From positions 1 through 64,000 of the forward strand of contig CAVPSB010000015.1 in assembly GCA_963708025.1 (NCBI GenBank): DNA of 64,000 nt. The letters run 5' to 3'. Below the pieces are notes generated by a model. That model searched no databases and was not told where the DNA came from. It saw only the letters and a list, made by a program, of their open reading frames with translations. A program made the translations under genes and the position numbers. How positions within the stretch are numbered: the first letter of the stretch is position 1; every line of letters starts with the position of its first letter. The DNA is from an uncultured Candidatus Rokubacteria bacterium. Lineage in GTDB: Bacteria; Methylomirabilota; Methylomirabilia; Rokubacteriales; DASRDR01. Shown piece by piece: positions 60,791-64,000 of this stretch.

Positions 60791-61732
60791 ATGCGAAGAG
60801 TGACGCTCTACAGCAGTGCGCGCCGGCGCGGACCGATCGGTCCGCCCGCTTCGGCTCGCCACCACCACCCCGAAGCCCCGGCTCCTCCCGGCGACGAGCC
60901 GCTCGCCGGGACCGCGGGCCGGCGGCTCCGCCGGTCCTGGCGCCCGCTCCTCGCGCGCCGCGGGCTCTTGCTGGCGGCCGCCGGCGGCCTGCTCGTCGGG
61001 CTCCTCGTGGCCCAGCACGGAGCCCGGACGTCTCTGCCCCGCCGGATCACCCAGGAGGACATCGACGCGGCGGTGCTGCACACGCTGGCGACCAAGACCC
61101 TGCCGTCGCGCGCAGCGAAGGCCTACGCGGCCATCCGACCCTCCGTCGTGCAGGTGCGGGGATGGCGGAGCGACGAGGGCGCGAAGAAGGGCGGCGGGAA
61201 CAGCACCGGCACCGGGGTCGTGGTCGTCGACAAGGGGATCATCCTGACCAACCTCCACGTGGTCGCGGGGGCGGATCGGGTGGAGGTCGTCTTCGCCGAC
61301 GGGCTGGAATCCGAGGCCACCGTCATCGCGGTCCGGCCGGAGCACGATCTGGCGGTGCTCCAGGCGAAGACGATCCCCGACGACCTGGTGCCGGCCACCT
61401 TGCGGTCCACCCAGGACCTCGCCCCGGGCGACGAGGTCGTCGCCGTCGGCTTCCCCTTCGGCATCGGTCCGTCCGCCTCGGCGGGCGTGATCTCCGGGCT
61501 GGGACGCGAGTTCCGCTCCCCGCAAGGGCAGCGCGTGCTGACCAATCTCATCCAGTTCGACGCGGCGGCCAATCCGGGGAGCTCCGGTGGGCCGCTGGTG
61601 ACCATGGAAGGCGAGGTGGTCGGCATCGTGACGGCCATCCTCAACCCCACCGACCAGCGCGTGTTCGTCGGCATCGGGTTCGCCGTGCCCATCGAGAGTG
61701 CGTCGGCGGCCGTCGGGCTGTCCCCGTTCTAG
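60791..61732 (+). CDS. S1C (HtrA-like, PDZ-less) membrane-anchored serine protease
   Basis: TNLHVV, DLAVL and DAAANPGSSGGPL motifs. Confidence 0.9.
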   Translation: MRRVTLYSSARRRGPIGPPASARHHHPEAPAPPGDEPLAGTAGRRLRRSWRPLLARRGLLLAAAGGLLVGLLVAQHGARTSLPRRITQEDIDAAVLHTLATKTLPSRAAKAYAAIRPSVVQVRGWRSDEGAKKGGGNSTGTGVVVVDKGIILTNLHVVAGADRVEVVFADGLESEATVIAVRPEHDLAVLQAKTIPDDLVPATLRSTQDLAPGDEVVAVGFPFGIGPSASAGVISGLGREFRSPQGQRVLTNLIQFDAAANPGSSGGPLVTMEGEVVGIVTAILNPTDQRVFVGIGFAVPIESASAAVGLSPF

Positions 61733-61761
61733 TCACGGGGCCGGGAGGAAGCGGGACGGGC

Positions 61762-62778
61762 ATGGAGACCCTGGAGCGAGGCCGCGGCGAGGTTGCGTCG
61801 CTCATGGAGCGCATCCTCTACGAAGTGAAGAGGATCGTCGTGGGCCAGGATCACTTTCTCGAGCGCGTGCTGGTGGCCGTCCTGGCGCAAGGACACCTGC
61901 TCGTGGAGGGCGTGCCGGGGCTGGCCAAGACCCTGACCGTCAAGACGCTGGCCCAGACCGTCCGTGGGACGTTCCGGCGGATCCAGTTCACCCCGGATCT
62001 CGTCCCGGCCGATCTGGTGGGCACCCGCATCTACAACCAGCGGACGGGCGAGTTCACGACCGCCCTGGGCCCCGTCTTCACGAATCTCCTGCTCGCCGAC
62101 GAGATCAACCGGGCGCCGGCGAAGGTGCAGAGCGCCCTGCTCGAGGTGATGCAAGAGCGCCAGGTCACGATCGCCGGGGAGACCCACCGGGTCGCGGAGC
62201 CGTTCGTGGTCATGGCGACGCAGAATCCCATCGAGACCGAGGGCACCTACCCGCTCCCCGAGGCGCAGGTCGACCGGTTCATGATGAAGGTGCTGGTCGG
62301 GTACCCGAGCGAGGAGGAAGAGTTCGTCATCGTCGAGCGGGTGACGGGCGCCGCGACGGCCGTCGCCGCCGTGGCCACCACCGAGCAGCTGAGTGCGCTC
62401 CAGCGGGAGTGCCGGACCGGGTACGTGGATCCCTCGATCATCCAGTACGCGGTCCGACTCGCCGCCGCGACCCGGGACCCGGCGCGATACGGCGTCGGCG
62501 ACCTGGCGCGATACCTCTCCTACGGCGCGAGCCCCCGCGCCTCCATCCACCTGATCGAGGGGGGGCGCGCGCTCGGGCACCTGCGGGGACGCGCCTACGT
62601 CCTGCCCGAGGACGTCACGGACCTGGCGCCCGACGTGCTGCGACACCGACTCGTCCTCTCCTACGAGGCGCTCGCCGACGGGATGACCGCCGATCAGCTG
62701 ATCCACCGGATCCTGCAGCACGTCCCGGCGCCCGAGAAGCCGCTGGCGGCCCATGTCAGAGTCGGCGCGCCGTCCTGA
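61762..62778 (+). CDS. moxR: MoxR-family AAA+ ATPase
   Basis: GVPGLAKT, RIQFTPD, DEINRA, TQNPIE, DRF and GASPR motifs. Confidence 0.93.
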   Translation: METLERGRGEVASLMERILYEVKRIVVGQDHFLERVLVAVLAQGHLLVEGVPGLAKTLTVKTLAQTVRGTFRRIQFTPDLVPADLVGTRIYNQRTGEFTTALGPVFTNLLLADEINRAPAKVQSALLEVMQERQVTIAGETHRVAEPFVVMATQNPIETEGTYPLPEAQVDRFMMKVLVGYPSEEEEFVIVERVTGAATAVAAVATTEQLSALQRECRTGYVDPSIIQYAVRLAAATRDPARYGVGDLARYLSYGASPRASIHLIEGGRALGHLRGRAYVLPEDVTDLAPDVLRHRLVLSYEALADGMTADQLIHRILQHVPAPEKPLAAHVRVGAPS

Positions 62779-63746
62779 GCGGCTGCTGCGGCGGCTGGAA
62801 TGGACCGTGATCCGGCGCCTGGACGGGCTGCTGCAAGGCGACTACCGGACCCTGTTTCGCGGCGTCGGGCTCGACCTGGCCGACCTGCGCGAGTACCAGT
62901 ATCACGACGACGTCCGGTACATCGACTGGAACGTCACCGCGCGCCTGCAGACCCCCTACGTCCGGGAGTACCACGAGGACCGGGAGGTCACGGCGTGGTT
63001 CCTGCTCGACCTGACGGCGTCCATGGACGTCGGCTCCCGGCCGGGGGCCAAGCGGTCGGTGTCGACCGAGCTCGTCACCGTGCTGGCGCGGCTGTTGACG
63101 CGCCACGGCAACCGTGTCGGGGCGCTGTTCTATGATGGCCGCGTTGATACCGTGATCCCGGCGCGGAGCGGCCGGCGCCACGTGCTCCACATCCTGCACC
63201 GGCTGCTAGTCCCGGCCGGCCCCCGCCCGCCCGGCCGCGACGAACCTGACCGATCTCCTGGCGACCGCCGCTCGGCTCGTGCACCGGCGCTCGCTCCTCT
63301 TCGTCGTCTCCGACTTCATCAGCGCGCCCGGCTGGACGGCGCCGCTCGGCCACCTCGCGCAGCGCCACGACGTCGTGGCGGTGCGGCTCTCCGACTGGCT
63401 GGAGAGGGAGCTGCCCGATCTGGGGCTGCTCGTCGTGCAGGACGCCGAGACCGGCGAGCAGCTGTTCGTCGACACTCACGATCGCGCGTTCCGCCGACGC
63501 TTCGCGGCCGCCGCCGAGCGGCGCGAGAGCTCCCTCCGGGCCGCGTTCGAGCAGGCCGGAGTGGACGCGCTCGAGCTGTCGACCGACGACGACCTCGTCG
63601 AGGCGATCCTCCGGTTCGCCGACCTCCGCAAGCGGCGGAGCCAGCTGGCGGCGGGCGGCGGGCTCCCGGACCACCTCGGGCCCGGGTCGCGGCCCGACGG
63701 GACCACGAGGCCCGACCCGGCTCGCGCCGGCGCGCGGGGCGCGTAG
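62753..63746 (+). CDS. DUF58 protein (frameshift near 63230)
   Basis: REYQYHDDVRYIDWNVTAR and DLTASM; resumes as FVVSDF...DAETGE in another frame. Confidence 0.85.
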
Positions 63747-63759
63747 CCGGCTCCGGACC

Positions 63760-64000
63760 ATGGCGTTCCTCTGGCCTGACTTGCTCTGGCTGCTCCTGGC
63801 GGTGCCCGTGCTCGTGGCCGGCTACGTGGCCCTGCTCCGCCGGAAGAAGAAGCTCGCGCTCCCGTACGCCAGCCTGAGCCTCGTGCGGGAAGCCCTGGGC
63901 AGGGGCCAGAGCGTCCGGCGGCATGTCCCGCCGCTGCTGTTCCTGCTGGCGCTCGTCCTGATGCTCGTCGCGGTGGCCCGGCCGACCGCGGTCGTCACGC
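63760..64000 (+). CDS. BatA/VWA-domain protein (runs off the window)
   Basis: MAFLWP..LWLLL N-terminus and AVARP; usual moxR-DUF58-VWA context. Confidence 0.8.
   Translation, partial: MAFLWPDLLWLLLAVPVLVAGYVALLRRKKKLALPYASLSLVREALGRGQSVRRHVPPLLFLLALVLMLVAVARPTAVVT

Overview
Very GC-rich bacterial DNA. Tandem ABC_sub_bind-type binding proteins and zinc-ribbon GAF kinase and adenylate cyclase genes suggest Ca. Rokubacteria/Methylomirabilota; this is an inference. 1-10.2 kb holds a group 1 membrane-bound [NiFe]-hydrogenase operon (hypB, small and large subunits, cytochrome b, protease, hypFCDE) plus an enoyl-CoA hydratase. The top finding is an in-frame TGA in the large-subunit gene exactly at the second Cys of the N-terminal RxCxxC metal-binding motif (RICGV*TTVH), followed by a SECIS-like hairpin, while the C-terminal DPCxxC is all-Cys. 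This is a candidate selenocysteine at the Ni-Fe bridging position, unlike known [NiFeSe] enzymes. Next come a tctCBA transporter, IS/AbiEii/GAF debris, three SBP paralogs, a GAF histidine kinase, an atypical AdoMetDC-like decarboxylase, an adenylate cyclase, an Hsp70-like protein, MscS, a small metallothionein-like ORF, an ACP-FAAL-acyltransferase and tdh-kbl. About 36-56 kb is a stress/dormancy-like island with eight sigma-54 (-24/-12) promoter matches, six of them in divergent pairs. The window ends with an amidohydrolase, an ECF sigma-YCII pair and a protease-moxR-DUF58-VWA operon. Many single-base frameshifts look like sequencing errors.
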